Shown piece by piece: positions 7,324-16,259 of a stretch of 20,000 bases of DNA. The stretch comes from an uncultured virus (IMG/VR IMGVR_UViG_3300025121_000020) (taxonomy: Duplodnaviria > Heunggongvirae > Uroviricota > Caudoviricetes). Within the stretch, counting starts at the first letter, position 1. Each line of letters opens with the position of its first letter. The DNA is taken from IMG/VR virus record IMGVR_UViG_3300025121_000020. One strand, 5' to 3'. Both the position numbers and the translations under genes were made by a program. Below the pieces are notes generated by a model, which was not told the origin of the DNA, made no database searches, and saw only the letters and a list, made by a program, of their open reading frames with translations.

Positions 7324-8215
7324 GCTTGACGACATCAACGGTCTCCTTGACAGCATCGGTGCACCTGAGCACGAACATAAGCACGAGTACGACGTCGCGA
7401 TCATCGACGGGGGCGGCATCGTCCACCCATGCTTCGCGATCGTCCGGAAGGACGATGCCCTGCCCGACGACGCTTTGATCCGTGAGGTGTGCTCACTGTT
7501 TTGGGGAACGGTGGATCCTTACTTGGATGACGGCGCTGAGTGCGTTATTGCCTGGGACCCGAAGGACAACCGAGACTACCGCGCGGCCATCCTCCCCTGC
7601 TACAAGCACGGGAGGGGAGCACGGGATCCGCTTCTCAGGGGGAGCATGATCGAGATCTTCAAGCAGGCGCGGGCCAAGGGATACAGGCAGGTGATCGTAC
7701 CGGGCTACGAGGCGGACGACGCGATCGCGTCCCTGGTTCGGGAGATGCGCGCGACGAGGCGAGTCCTGATCGTGTCTGAGGATCGTGACTTGCATCAGCT
7801 CGTGGGGGACAACGTCAGGCAGGCTCACCCCCGAGCGGGTATCACATGCGACGAGGCCGTCATCGAGACGCGGTCCGAACATTCTGCGGAAGACCACACG
7901 GCGCGGAAGGCAATCAAGGGGGACACGGGGGACAATGTGCGCGGTTTGCCTGGAGTGGGAGAAAAGAAGGCAGATGCGATCTTGGTTGTATACCCGGATT
8001 TCGTGGACGACTGCCAGGGAGGGGTGGTAGAGTGGAACAGACTGCCCGCTGACATCCTGAAGGCGCTGATAGGGGCGGGCCAATTGATGGTCCATCCGGT
8101 GCGAAGCAAGGCGGATAAGAGGGTGTGCCGGGAGGTAGACGCGCTCGTGGTGGTGAGGGACGCGGTGAGGGAGACGTATAGGCTGGTGGCGCTGGAAGAC
8201 GGGCTGGGGGTATGA
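7316..8215 (+). CDS. 5'-3' exonuclease / flap endonuclease (PolI N-terminal, T5 FEN-like)
   Basis: IIDG, YK, YEADDAIA, SEDRDLHQL and H3TH motif GDTGDNVRGLPGVGEKKA. Confidence 0.93.
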   Translation: MDKLDDINGLLDSIGAPEHEHKHEYDVAIIDGGGIVHPCFAIVRKDDALPDDALIREVCSLFWGTVDPYLDDGAECVIAWDPKDNRDYRAAILPCYKHGRGARDPLLRGSMIEIFKQARAKGYRQVIVPGYEADDAIASLVREMRATRRVLIVSEDRDLHQLVGDNVRQAHPRAGITCDEAVIETRSEHSAEDHTARKAIKGDTGDNVRGLPGVGEKKADAILVVYPDFVDDCQGGVVEWNRLPADILKALIGAGQLMVHPVRSKADKRVCREVDALVVVRDAVRETYRLVALEDGLGV

Positions 8216-8331
8216 CGGCCACAGGCGGTACTACATAAGACCGTCTTAATTCACCACAGTCCAGATCCCCCTCCAGAAGTGTGCAACGTGCGCCCGCCCT
8301 CTCTTGAAGTCGCGGTACCGCTGGTGTGCTC

Positions 8332-8460
8332 ATGTCTTCCGAGCAGAGCGAGAGCCTGTGCGTCGAGTGCTTCGCTATGGAGAGGTGGACGTGCGCGTTC
8401 TGCGGGAAGGCTATGGTATGGCTCGAGGCAGATGACATCATACCAGAGAGGACGAAATGA
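8332..8460 (+). CDS. Small putative zinc-ribbon protein (42 aa), below the ORF-track cutoff
   Basis: MSSEQSESLCVECFAMERWTCAFCGKAMVWLEADDIIPERTK*, with CxxC...CxxC. The stop overlaps the next ATG (ATGA 8457-8460). RBS is weak. Confidence 0.55.
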   Translation: MSSEQSESLCVECFAMERWTCAFCGKAMVWLEADDIIPERTK

Positions 8461-8726
8461 GCTTACGAAGATTATTAGCGAAAGCAGAGGTAGAGAAGCA
8501 GCGCCTGGCGGAAGGTATCACCGCTGAGACCGTCGGGTCCGTCGCCGAGCTCCTGACCGAGGTGATCGGCGCGATCCGAGGCATGCTCGACAAGCGCAAG
8601 CGCCCGGTGTGGTCGATGGGATACGCGAATGACCATCGAACTATCCAGATCGACTCGGAAGGAACGGCGTGGTATCTGGATGAAAATTGCAAGTGGCAGA
8701 AGCTGCCGGGTGTGCCGGAGGAGTGA
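8457..8726 (+). CDS. Hypothetical protein (89 aa)
   Basis: AGAGAGGA RBS. Helical N-terminus and Trp-containing beta-rich C-terminus. Confidence 0.75.
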   Translation: MSLRRLLAKAEVEKQRLAEGITAETVGSVAELLTEVIGAIRGMLDKRKRPVWSMGYANDHRTIQIDSEGTAWYLDENCKWQKLPGVPEE

Positions 8727-8838
8727 GGTTGCCTGTTGGCACGATGGATCACAAATTGTTTACCGCGTTGCTTTATATCTCAGCAATAATGTGACCTACG
8801 CCACGATGATGCTCGCACAAAGGGGAGGAAGGCTGCCG

Positions 8839-9264
8839 ATGCCGGCGATTGAATTAGCACAAGCCAGTGACATCGTAGATATCCACGATCTCGAGACATC
8901 CATTTGGGGCCACGAAGTTTCCTCTCGTTACGATATCGCGGCAGCCGTCCGTTACGGGTGGGTGTACGTCGCGCGAGATGAGCATATCGTTGGCGTCGTG
9001 TTCGGCTTGATCACACGTGACGACGCGATCTTCGTCGAAGATCTGGTAGTGGCGGAGTCTGTCAGGGGGCAAGGCGTGGGGAGGAGCCTTCTCCGTGCGC
9101 TTGCGAGTCATGGACGTCTTGAAGCGTTCGTGGACGTGGGCAACGAGCCGTCCATCCGGATGTGCCGGGCATGCGGACTTCAGATCGTTGAGACGCTCGA
9201 TGATCCGTACCAAGTACAACCCGGGTGGCGCATGTACCTGATGCGCCAAGTAAAGAGAGCATGA
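8839..9264 (+). CDS. GNAT family N-acetyltransferase (RimI-like)
   Basis: Acetyl-CoA motif DLVVAESVRGQGVGRSLL and NEPSIRM..ACG. Strong GGGGAGGAAGG RBS before ATG 8839. Confidence 0.88.
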   Translation: MPAIELAQASDIVDIHDLETSIWGHEVSSRYDIAAAVRYGWVYVARDEHIVGVVFGLITRDDAIFVEDLVVAESVRGQGVGRSLLRALASHGRLEAFVDVGNEPSIRMCRACGLQIVETLDDPYQVQPGWRMYLMRQVKRA

Positions 9265-9719
9265 CGTTCCTACCCTCCCACATTCAGATCGCCCTCGCGG
9301 AGCTCGGTTATCGCGAGACCGCCCCCAACGTGACGAAGTATACCGCTGCATACGACGCACACGGCACATATTCCTACCAGGGGCAGGCCTGGTGCGCGAT
9401 CTTCGCCTGGTGGTGCCTGCAGGAGGCGGGAGTTACCCTGCCCGTCATGCAGTACGGTGCTTACCCAGGCGCCGCGTCTGTGCGGTACCTTCTGGCGGGG
9501 TGTGAGGCTCAAGGGTGGCCCGTAACCGTGCCGGAGCCTGGTGACCTGTTTTTCCTGGACCATCACGTGGGCTTCGTAGTACGGGTGATTGGGGAGTTGA
9601 TCGTGACGGTGGAGGGGAACACGAGTGGGCCTACTCCAGCATCGGAATGGGTCTATGTTCACACGAGGAAGATTGTCGATTGCCTTGGGTTTGCGAGGGT
9701 GCCGCGATACTTGAAGTAA
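9261..9719 (+). CDS. CHAP-domain amidase/peptidase (putative endolysin, catalytic domain only)
   Basis: ELGYRE...NVTKY, AWCAIF (catalytic Cys), PGDLFF..HVGFV (His) and TVEGNT. ATGA overlap with the GNAT gene. Confidence 0.88.
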   Translation: MTFLPSHIQIALAELGYRETAPNVTKYTAAYDAHGTYSYQGQAWCAIFAWWCLQEAGVTLPVMQYGAYPGAASVRYLLAGCEAQGWPVTVPEPGDLFFLDHHVGFVVRVIGELIVTVEGNTSGPTPASEWVYVHTRKIVDCLGFARVPRYLK

Positions 9720-10165
9720 CCCCGGTTATCGATTACCCCGTGCGCGGGCTGTGCGTGCTTCCCTACGGGGGAGACCATCCGCGCGGGTGTCCCAATTTTG
9801 GGAAGTGCGACATGTGCCCACCTTGTGCCCCCAAGTTCGATGTAGTGTATCACTCGACGAAGTGCTTCGCTGTGGTGAACGAGTTTGACCTAGCCGCGCA
9901 TAGGGAAAAGATGCGAGCGGCGCATCCCGCATGGAGTGAGCGACAGCTTGTCAATTGCCTCTATTGGCAAGGTACGGCGCGGAAGAAACTTCGGGAACTC
10001 GTGCGTGCTTTTCTGCTCGAGCACCCCGATTACCGCGCGGAAGAAACTCCGGAGGCGATGGGGGTCAACGTGACCGCAACGCTTCGCGCGGTGGGAATAG
10101 AGCTGGAGTGGCCTCCTGTTCAGATCGTTCGACAGGTTGCGCTGTGCGCGGTACCCCTCACCTGA
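9647..10165 (+). CDS. DUF2284-like Cys-rich predicted metal-binding protein (start uncertain, possibly ~9707-9740)
   Basis: C...GCPNFGKCDMCPP and EAMGVNVTAT resemble the recalled DUF2284 pattern. Confidence 0.65.
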   Translation: MGLCSHEEDCRLPWVCEGAAILEVTPVIDYPVRGLCVLPYGGDHPRGCPNFGKCDMCPPCAPKFDVVYHSTKCFAVVNEFDLAAHREKMRAAHPAWSERQLVNCLYWQGTARKKLRELVRAFLLEHPDYRAEETPEAMGVNVTATLRAVGIELEWPPVQIVRQVALCAVPLT

Positions 10166-10640
10166 TGTGACGTATCCTATACGTTGTTTCAGGTACCTTC
10201 ATCGCGTACACATCTTTCCAAGCCAAAGACGAGTTGTAAGCATTGTTCGCATACTCGATCTTGTAAGAGCACTCCGCAGCCACTCCAATCCCTGCGTAGA
10301 AGTTCGGGGTTTTCTGGTAGCAAGTCGGTTCCGGCAGCACGACTCCGGTTGTGACGCACGTGTACGGGGGAGCGCATGTGTCTAGTGACTGTGGGCAAGC
10401 TGAGCCCACACAATCACACGAAGTCAGCAAGTAGTGATTCAGCCTCTCCGGGTCACGCGTGTACTCCAAAATTGCGTAGGTGACGCGTTCCGTATAGACG
10501 GTACCGTCCGAGTCGGACACGATCTTAGTGTACTCTTCGTCGCATGCGATCGGTGCGTCGGGAGACGTGGCATCGTCGTCGTCTGACTCATTACACGCCG
10601 TGATAGCAAACAACAGTAGGACGCTACATCTTAGTAGCAT
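10158..10640 (-). CDS. Cys-rich predicted lipoprotein, paralog of the adjacent gene
   Basis: Signal MLLRCSVLLLFAITA-C (lipobox-like), acidic linker NESDDDD and GGGGAG RBS. Confidence 0.8.
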   Translation of the reverse strand: MLLRCSVLLLFAITACNESDDDDATSPDAPIACDEEYTKIVSDSDGTVYTERVTYAILEYTRDPERLNHYLLTSCDCVGSACPQSLDTCAPPYTCVTTGVVLPEPTCYQKTPNFYAGIGVAAECSYKIEYANNAYNSSLAWKDVYAMKVPETTYRIRHIR

Positions 10641-11040
10641 ACACTTCTCCCCATGTTAGCTCGGTGTGATTCCCGCTCGGGTAGTCCACTCGATAGCTGC
10701 AGCGAATTGCTACTCCTATCCCTGGGTAGAAGTACGGCACCCCTTGATAGCACGCTGGTTCTGGGAGGGGGACTCCCGCCACAGTGCACGTGTAGGGAGG
10801 GGCGCACTCGTTGGTGGAATAGGGGCACGCCGTCCCCGCGCAGTCGCACGCCGTTACCAGGTAATGATTCGTGCGGGACGGGTCGTCCGTGTCTTCCAGC
10901 ACCGCGTAAGTGACCGTCTCCATATACGCGAGGGACCCGTTTTCGCTGAAGACGCTCTTGGTGTACGACTCGTCGCAGGGAACCCCCTCAGCGCGCACAC
11001 TTGCGCAAACCAGGAACATTGCCAGAAGTGCTACTCTCAT
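10624..11040 (-). CDS. Cys-rich predicted secreted protein, paralog of the adjacent lipoprotein
   Basis: Signal peptide MRVALLAMFLVCASVRA. GAGGTG RBS before ATG 11040. Eight Cys align with the neighbour. Confidence 0.8.
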   Translation of the reverse strand: MRVALLAMFLVCASVRAEGVPCDESYTKSVFSENGSLAYMETVTYAVLEDTDDPSRTNHYLVTACDCAGTACPYSTNECAPPYTCTVAGVPLPEPACYQGVPYFYPGIGVAIRCSYRVDYPSGNHTELTWGEVYATKM

Positions 11041-11047
11041 ACTCACC

Positions 11048-12970
11048 TCAACTCGCCAACGTCTGCTGCCCTGCCACCGGGATGACCGGTTGAACCACCA
11101 GCGCCGCCGCCGCGTCGCTCGATGCCTGGTACGCCAACCAGAGCATCCCGTTCCTCGTCTGCGCTATGCTCAGGTGCGTGTAGTGGAAAGCGAGAGCGCC
11201 GCCGCCCGTATAGATCGGTATCCGCAACTGGTGGTATCCGGCGCTCAGCGGGACGAGAGACGCCCCGCTGTCGTTTATCGCGACGGGGGACGCGACAATG
11301 TCGATGGACTGGTTCAGGTAGTGGACCTCCCCCACCACGTGCGCGTCCCCGTGCTCGCTGACCCATACGCACCCCTCCTGCCCTGCGTTCAGGACCGTGG
11401 CACTGTACCCGGTCAGCCCCAGCGTGCTCTTGGTGGCGAACATCGTCGAACTCGCGACTCCCGTGGTCGTCGCGTAGACGTATCCGCGTCGGATATCCTG
11501 CCAGAAGCGGGCGCGGGTGACGCCCGCCGCCCCAAAGGTGTAGCCGCTCCCGGCGTTAGTGACCCACGATGCCCCGTACGTGTCACTGTACACCAGGCGG
11601 ACGTCTGCGAGTCCGGTGACGTTCGTCGCCACTAGGATCCGGTGATTCTGCAAGACGATGGCGCCGTTTTCCTCCGCAGACCAGGCTGGGTTCGTTGCGT
11701 GGGGGTCCCAGACTGCTACGGCAGCTCCCGGCCAGGTGGCTCCCTGGTCTGTGGACTCCTTGAAGTAGAGCACGGTCCCGTCTGTGTAGTAGCACTGCAA
11801 CTTGTACCCGAATGCGCCGTTAGGGTAGGGTACCTGAATGATCGCGGGCCATTGTGCCGTGGCGTCGACGGTGACTTCCGCACCCACTGCCAGAGAAACC
11901 GGGTTGAACGTCCGCGTATAGACCCCCGCCCCGTTCCGCGAGTACGCGACGATGAGCCCGTTCCCATCCAGGGTGTCGTTCCATGTGACGTCTACTCCGG
12001 TATAGTTGTCGGCCGCAGCTCCCGCCACCAGGTTCGCGTAGTCGATGACCAGTGCTCCCGTACCCGTTGATATCGGGATGGCTCGAGGTTGCAGCACCAC
12101 AGGTCGTGCACAAGGCTCCTTCGCGTACGCCACCCCTTGGCGCCGTCTGTCGACGATGGTCATCACCCCGCCGGTCCGGTACACGTCGGCCAGGATTACA
12201 TCGTTCACTCCCGCTTCCCGTGTGCGGGCCAGGAGTGCGAAGGTAGGTACCTGCCGAACGTGTTCGTCCCTGCTCGCGACTGCGGGGGGAGTTCGGTAGT
12301 CTCCCGCGATCGTGAAGGGGATGCTCCCCACCGTTACAGGCGCTGCTGCGGTCAGCGTTGCCGTCGTACCAGACAGGATGGTCGCGAGTTCGTAGACTCC
12401 TGCCCCCAAACCACTGTCAAATGCGCCGAGTGCGGCTTCATCCGCGGCAGCTATTCGGATGTACGTCCCGTGAACTCCCCCCTCCGCGTAGGAGCTGTAC
12501 CGTGCGAATGCCGTGCCGGTGCCGACCAGGTTCACATCGGAGGAGAATGCCAATGTTCCCGGCTCGTACGCCGTAAACCCAGCCCGCAGGACAAGGGTGT
12601 ACCACGTCGCCGTGTCTGGCACGGTGAGTAGCAGCGCCCATGGGGACGTCAGCGTGTAGGGGCGGTGCTGGTTCGAGATCTGGAGTACGCGCCCTTCTGC
12701 GGTTACGGCGCACTGCGTTCCGGATGTCGCCGTCCCGTAGACCAGGCACCCGGGGTTCAAGGGGTCCTCACTGACGAGCCAGTCCGCCTCGAGGAACCCG
12801 TTCGGGCGGTGGTTGATCAAGAGGCCTGTCTTGCGGAACTCCCCTAACAGTGCCAAACGTGCGTCTTCGTCCTGCTGGTACTGATCCCACGCCAGCTCGT
12901 CGAAGCCGAGGCGCAGGTAGCTGCTCGTGCTTGCCTTGTGCTTCAATCCCTTGCTCACTGCGGTAGTCAT
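11048..12970 (-). CDS. Tail fibre/tailspike-like receptor-binding protein with C-terminal BNR (Asp-box) beta-propeller
   Basis: Start MTTAVSKG via TGATG overlap at 12970. Asp-boxes STDQGATW and SDTYGASW. Located at the end of the baseplate operon. Confidence 0.7.
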   Translation of the reverse strand: MTTAVSKGLKHKASTSSYLRLGFDELAWDQYQQDEDARLALLGEFRKTGLLINHRPNGFLEADWLVSEDPLNPGCLVYGTATSGTQCAVTAEGRVLQISNQHRPYTLTSPWALLLTVPDTATWYTLVLRAGFTAYEPGTLAFSSDVNLVGTGTAFARYSSYAEGGVHGTYIRIAAADEAALGAFDSGLGAGVYELATILSGTTATLTAAAPVTVGSIPFTIAGDYRTPPAVASRDEHVRQVPTFALLARTREAGVNDVILADVYRTGGVMTIVDRRRQGVAYAKEPCARPVVLQPRAIPISTGTGALVIDYANLVAGAAADNYTGVDVTWNDTLDGNGLIVAYSRNGAGVYTRTFNPVSLAVGAEVTVDATAQWPAIIQVPYPNGAFGYKLQCYYTDGTVLYFKESTDQGATWPGAAVAVWDPHATNPAWSAEENGAIVLQNHRILVATNVTGLADVRLVYSDTYGASWVTNAGSGYTFGAAGVTRARFWQDIRRGYVYATTTGVASSTMFATKSTLGLTGYSATVLNAGQEGCVWVSEHGDAHVVGEVHYLNQSIDIVASPVAINDSGASLVPLSAGYHQLRIPIYTGGGALAFHYTHLSIAQTRNGMLWLAYQASSDAAAALVVQPVIPVAGQQTLAS

Positions 12971-14871
12971 CAGCTTCTCTCCAGCACTTTTCGAATTATT
13001 GGCGGAGTCGCCGCCGCGTAGGGGTACGCTCCCACCACCGTCGTCAATACCACGTGCGTGGCGTCCGGCACCCCGGCCACCGTACACGCTTCAGAGGACA
13101 CATTGTCGAAGCTGCGCAGCTTGACGCTGTCTCCCAATGCGAAGCCCTTGCTGGCCTCCACAGCCACCGAAACCGCTGCCCCCGGCGCGATCACAGCCGT
13201 CGCGGCCGTTATCAGGCATGCGTAGTATTGCCGCTCTTCCACCGAGACCGGTAAGAAATAAAGGACGATCAGGTGCGCCAGCGCAGTCAGGGATCGGATC
13301 ACGCTCCCCCAGGCGAATTCGACGTAGATGTCTCCCAGGTCGCTGACCAGGTCAAGCCAGATCTCCGGGGGGAAGGTGACGTCAAGGATCCACTCGGCCG
13401 GCGTCATCTCCGAGACCACGTACACGCGATCCGTCGCGCATAAGCGTCTTAGCTCGCACTCGAGGCCCCGCTGCGTCGCCCGGATCGGCAGGGTGTCAAA
13501 CCTGTGGTCGAGCCACGCACGTAACTCGTCCGGACGCTCCGACCCGGACGGGAAGAACAGCCTCTCCGCCGCGAGCTGCCGGAGGTATGGCCTAAAAGAC
13601 TGGTCACTCAGGTACCTGCGAACGGAGAAGTTCTCGATGTCGTATCGGGACCCAGATACGAAGGGGAGGACTACGAGCGCTTGCATTCCCAGGCCGAGGG
13701 TGGCCGGTAGCTGTGAGTAGAGGCACCGGTTCACGACAGCACCGTTTACGGACAAGAGGACCCAATCCCCTGTCACCCGCAACTGTATGTCGTGCGGCTC
13801 ATACGCGTTGACGGGCCACACTCCGCGCCCAGACGTCGTCCCGCCGTACCCTATCCGCCACCCGAGTGCGGCGGTGCCGTAACGGTGCAACCCCGCGCAG
13901 AGGAACTTCACCCCGTCGTCGAGCGCCAGGTAGAGTCCAGCGGCGTTACCGGGTAGGAAGGTGGGTACGTCGAGCACCGTGACGTTGGCCTCGATCGCCG
14001 TCTCGACTTCGGTGGGGCGCGTCGCGAGCGTCGTGAAGTAGTACCCCACCCCTAGACTCGCGTCTAGCCGCAGCCTCCCGCGTACGACCGAGGGAACCAC
14101 CGGCCCGACGTTCGTCCAGATGGTCGGGTCCGGGACAGCGGCTCCGGATATCTCCGCGGAATCCACCTCGATCCTGTCGCACCCGCGCAACTTGCGCAGC
14201 TCTTCGTACTGATCCTGAGCGCACCTCGCCACCCCCACCTGCGTCATCAGAATGCCACGCATCACCGCGTTGTAGTCGGGCTGGAGAGGACCGGGGAGGG
14301 CGTACCGAACGCGCTCCACCTGCTCATAGGGGGCGGTGAGCGTGTTCAGGCCAACCTCGTACCAGCGAACGCGTCCGGTGGCGATGGCCGCGCCTGCCAG
14401 CATCCCGATCCTGAAGTAAGGTACCGCCGCATCTTCGGGGGCGAGAAGGTAGGGCAGCTCCGCCACCAGCACGCCGTCCACGTGCAGCGTCCACCGCCCC
14501 GTACCACGCTTGCGCAGGCGCAGGACGTTGGATCGTCCCGGGGGCACGGGAGAGACGGGTACTTCCCAGTTGATCGTCACGGCAAAGTTCGCCGGGTCCA
14601 CCCAGCGCGTTATTGGTCCCAGAACCAGCGCGATCGCGCGCGCTCCGTCCCCCATCGCGATGCCGAACGCGTCGGTCAGGCGGCTGATGTCGACTTGGAT
14701 CTCCACGTCATCTGCAGCGCGCGAGGTGGGCAGGCGATCAGACGCGAAGAAGGGGACGGTGATCCACGCGTTCGCGAAGTCCCACCCGTCCGTCCCGAGC
14801 GTGATGGCGCCCCCCGTCGGTGTTGGCACCGAGTGCGCGTCAGAGCTGGCGTAGAGGTAGTTGCGATCCAT
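12970..14871 (-). CDS. Baseplate wedge/tail protein (gpI-position) with beta-rich, lectin-like segments
   Basis: Immediately downstream of baseplate J and coupled by TGATG. Segments such as VLRLRKRGTGRWTLHVDG and HDIQLRVTGDWVLLSVNG look ConA/LamG-like. Confidence 0.55.
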   Translation of the reverse strand: MDRNYLYASSDAHSVPTPTGGAITLGTDGWDFANAWITVPFFASDRLPTSRAADDVEIQVDISRLTDAFGIAMGDGARAIALVLGPITRWVDPANFAVTINWEVPVSPVPPGRSNVLRLRKRGTGRWTLHVDGVLVAELPYLLAPEDAAVPYFRIGMLAGAAIATGRVRWYEVGLNTLTAPYEQVERVRYALPGPLQPDYNAVMRGILMTQVGVARCAQDQYEELRKLRGCDRIEVDSAEISGAAVPDPTIWTNVGPVVPSVVRGRLRLDASLGVGYYFTTLATRPTEVETAIEANVTVLDVPTFLPGNAAGLYLALDDGVKFLCAGLHRYGTAALGWRIGYGGTTSGRGVWPVNAYEPHDIQLRVTGDWVLLSVNGAVVNRCLYSQLPATLGLGMQALVVLPFVSGSRYDIENFSVRRYLSDQSFRPYLRQLAAERLFFPSGSERPDELRAWLDHRFDTLPIRATQRGLECELRRLCATDRVYVVSEMTPAEWILDVTFPPEIWLDLVSDLGDIYVEFAWGSVIRSLTALAHLIVLYFLPVSVEERQYYACLITAATAVIAPGAAVSVAVEASKGFALGDSVKLRSFDNVSSEACTVAGVPDATHVVLTTVVGAYPYAAATPPIIRKVLERS

Positions 14872-16259
14872 CAATACACCTGTGCCAGATCGTCACCATA
14901 CGCGTAGCCGGTCTGCGTGTCCGTCAACACTAATCTTCCCAGTTTCGGAAAGACGGTCACCACCACGTCGTTCGCGGGCAGGAAGGTCGGCAGGTCGACG
15001 TTGGCGATCTCCGCGTCTTCGGTGACCCGCTCCAACAAGTCAGACTCCGGAACGTCCGCCCCCTCCACCCAGTATCGCAGGTCGAGGTAACCCGCCAGCG
15101 CGCTCGCGATCCTGGCCCACATGGCGCGGAAGCGCGCCTGCCTCGCCGCTGCAGTCTCGCCCGCCGGCCCGGAGGCGAACGTCACGATGGCGCTCACTTC
15201 TACGGAGGTGAGCGTGATGTTCGTGAACAGAAACGTCATCCCGGGGGAGGACATGCCCGCCAAGAACAGGGCCAGGTCGCTCTTCTCGTCCGCGGTCAGA
15301 GCGCCTAGAGACGTGCTGAGCGCCGCGAGGGATATTGTGCTGAGGAGAGACGTACTGTTCAGAGATAGGCGCAGGCACCTGGGGTTGAACTGCGCGCTGA
15401 GTGCCTCGAGCGCCTTGATCGGTGTCTTTACCAGAGCTTCTGGCGCGTGCGCCACGGCATACTTGACCGCGAAGTCGTCCTGAGAATCCTGCCCCCCTGT
15501 CGCGGGCAGAGGGTTGAACACGCGCTTCACCCCCCGGATGGGCGTAACCAATCCGAGCGCCGTCATTCGAGCGACGTTACCGCGCGCGCCCCCAGTCGTG
15601 CACTCGCACCAAGCCTTGTCGAGCAGGGACAGGTCCGTTCCCTCCCCAGCCATGATCGGGTTGGCCGTCCCCGTCGTCACGGCGGCCAGCGTCTGGAAGA
15701 CGACGCCGCCCTGGTAGTTCACCAGGGAGTCCTGTGGCACGGTGGCTTGGAACAGCACCATCACGGTCCTACCGGCGGCGATGTCGGCCACGTAGGACGC
15801 GAAGTGCGTCAGGATGGGGGTCTCAACCGTACCAGCACCTATGCCGGCTACGGTGCGGTACTCGTACTCCGTGCTGCCTATGATCGTGAACACGTCCCCC
15901 ACCTGCCACCCAGAGTACCCCGTCACAGATATGACGTAGGGGGGAGCCAGGTCGACGACGCTCGTCACGACGGCTGTTTCCGGCACGAACACCGTGTACG
16001 CGTGCGCTCGCAGGAGCGTACCTCTCGCGCGACTGGCCTCCTCCGCCAGGTCATCGAGGTACGCGCCGGAGGATGCTTTGAGGAATGTACGCCGGTAGGC
16101 TTCTTCCAGGTCGGCTTGAAGGTTCGCGGCCCCTGCCGCTATGGCGTCGGCTATGGCCGTGGACACTGCGTCCGGTCCGAAGTAGGTCAGGTCGGGTGTC
16201 GCGGCGATTAGCCGCACGACGGCTTGCTGCAGTAGTTGCGATCGGTCCAGTAGCTCCAT
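14871..16259 (-). CDS. Baseplate J / gp47-like wedge protein
   Basis: FLKASSGAYLDDLA....RARG, TVPQDSLV...GVVFQT, CTTGGARGNV and VFNPLPATGGQDSQDD. Confidence 0.88.
   Translation of the reverse strand: MELLDRSQLLQQAVVRLIAATPDLTYFGPDAVSTAIADAIAAGAANLQADLEEAYRRTFLKASSGAYLDDLAEEASRARGTLLRAHAYTVFVPETAVVTSVVDLAPPYVISVTGYSGWQVGDVFTIIGSTEYEYRTVAGIGAGTVETPILTHFASYVADIAAGRTVMVLFQATVPQDSLVNYQGGVVFQTLAAVTTGTANPIMAGEGTDLSLLDKAWCECTTGGARGNVARMTALGLVTPIRGVKRVFNPLPATGGQDSQDDFAVKYAVAHAPEALVKTPIKALEALSAQFNPRCLRLSLNSTSLLSTISLAALSTSLGALTADEKSDLALFLAGMSSPGMTFLFTNITLTSVEVSAIVTFASGPAGETAAARQARFRAMWARIASALAGYLDLRYWVEGADVPESDLLERVTEDAEIANVDLPTFLPANDVVVTVFPKLGRLVLTDTQTGYAYGDDLAQVY

Noticed and set aside
8730..8830. 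Sigma70 promoter in the AT-richer gap
   Set aside because: TTGCTT and AATAAT are present but not at 16-18 bp spacing, so a specific promoter cannot be supported.
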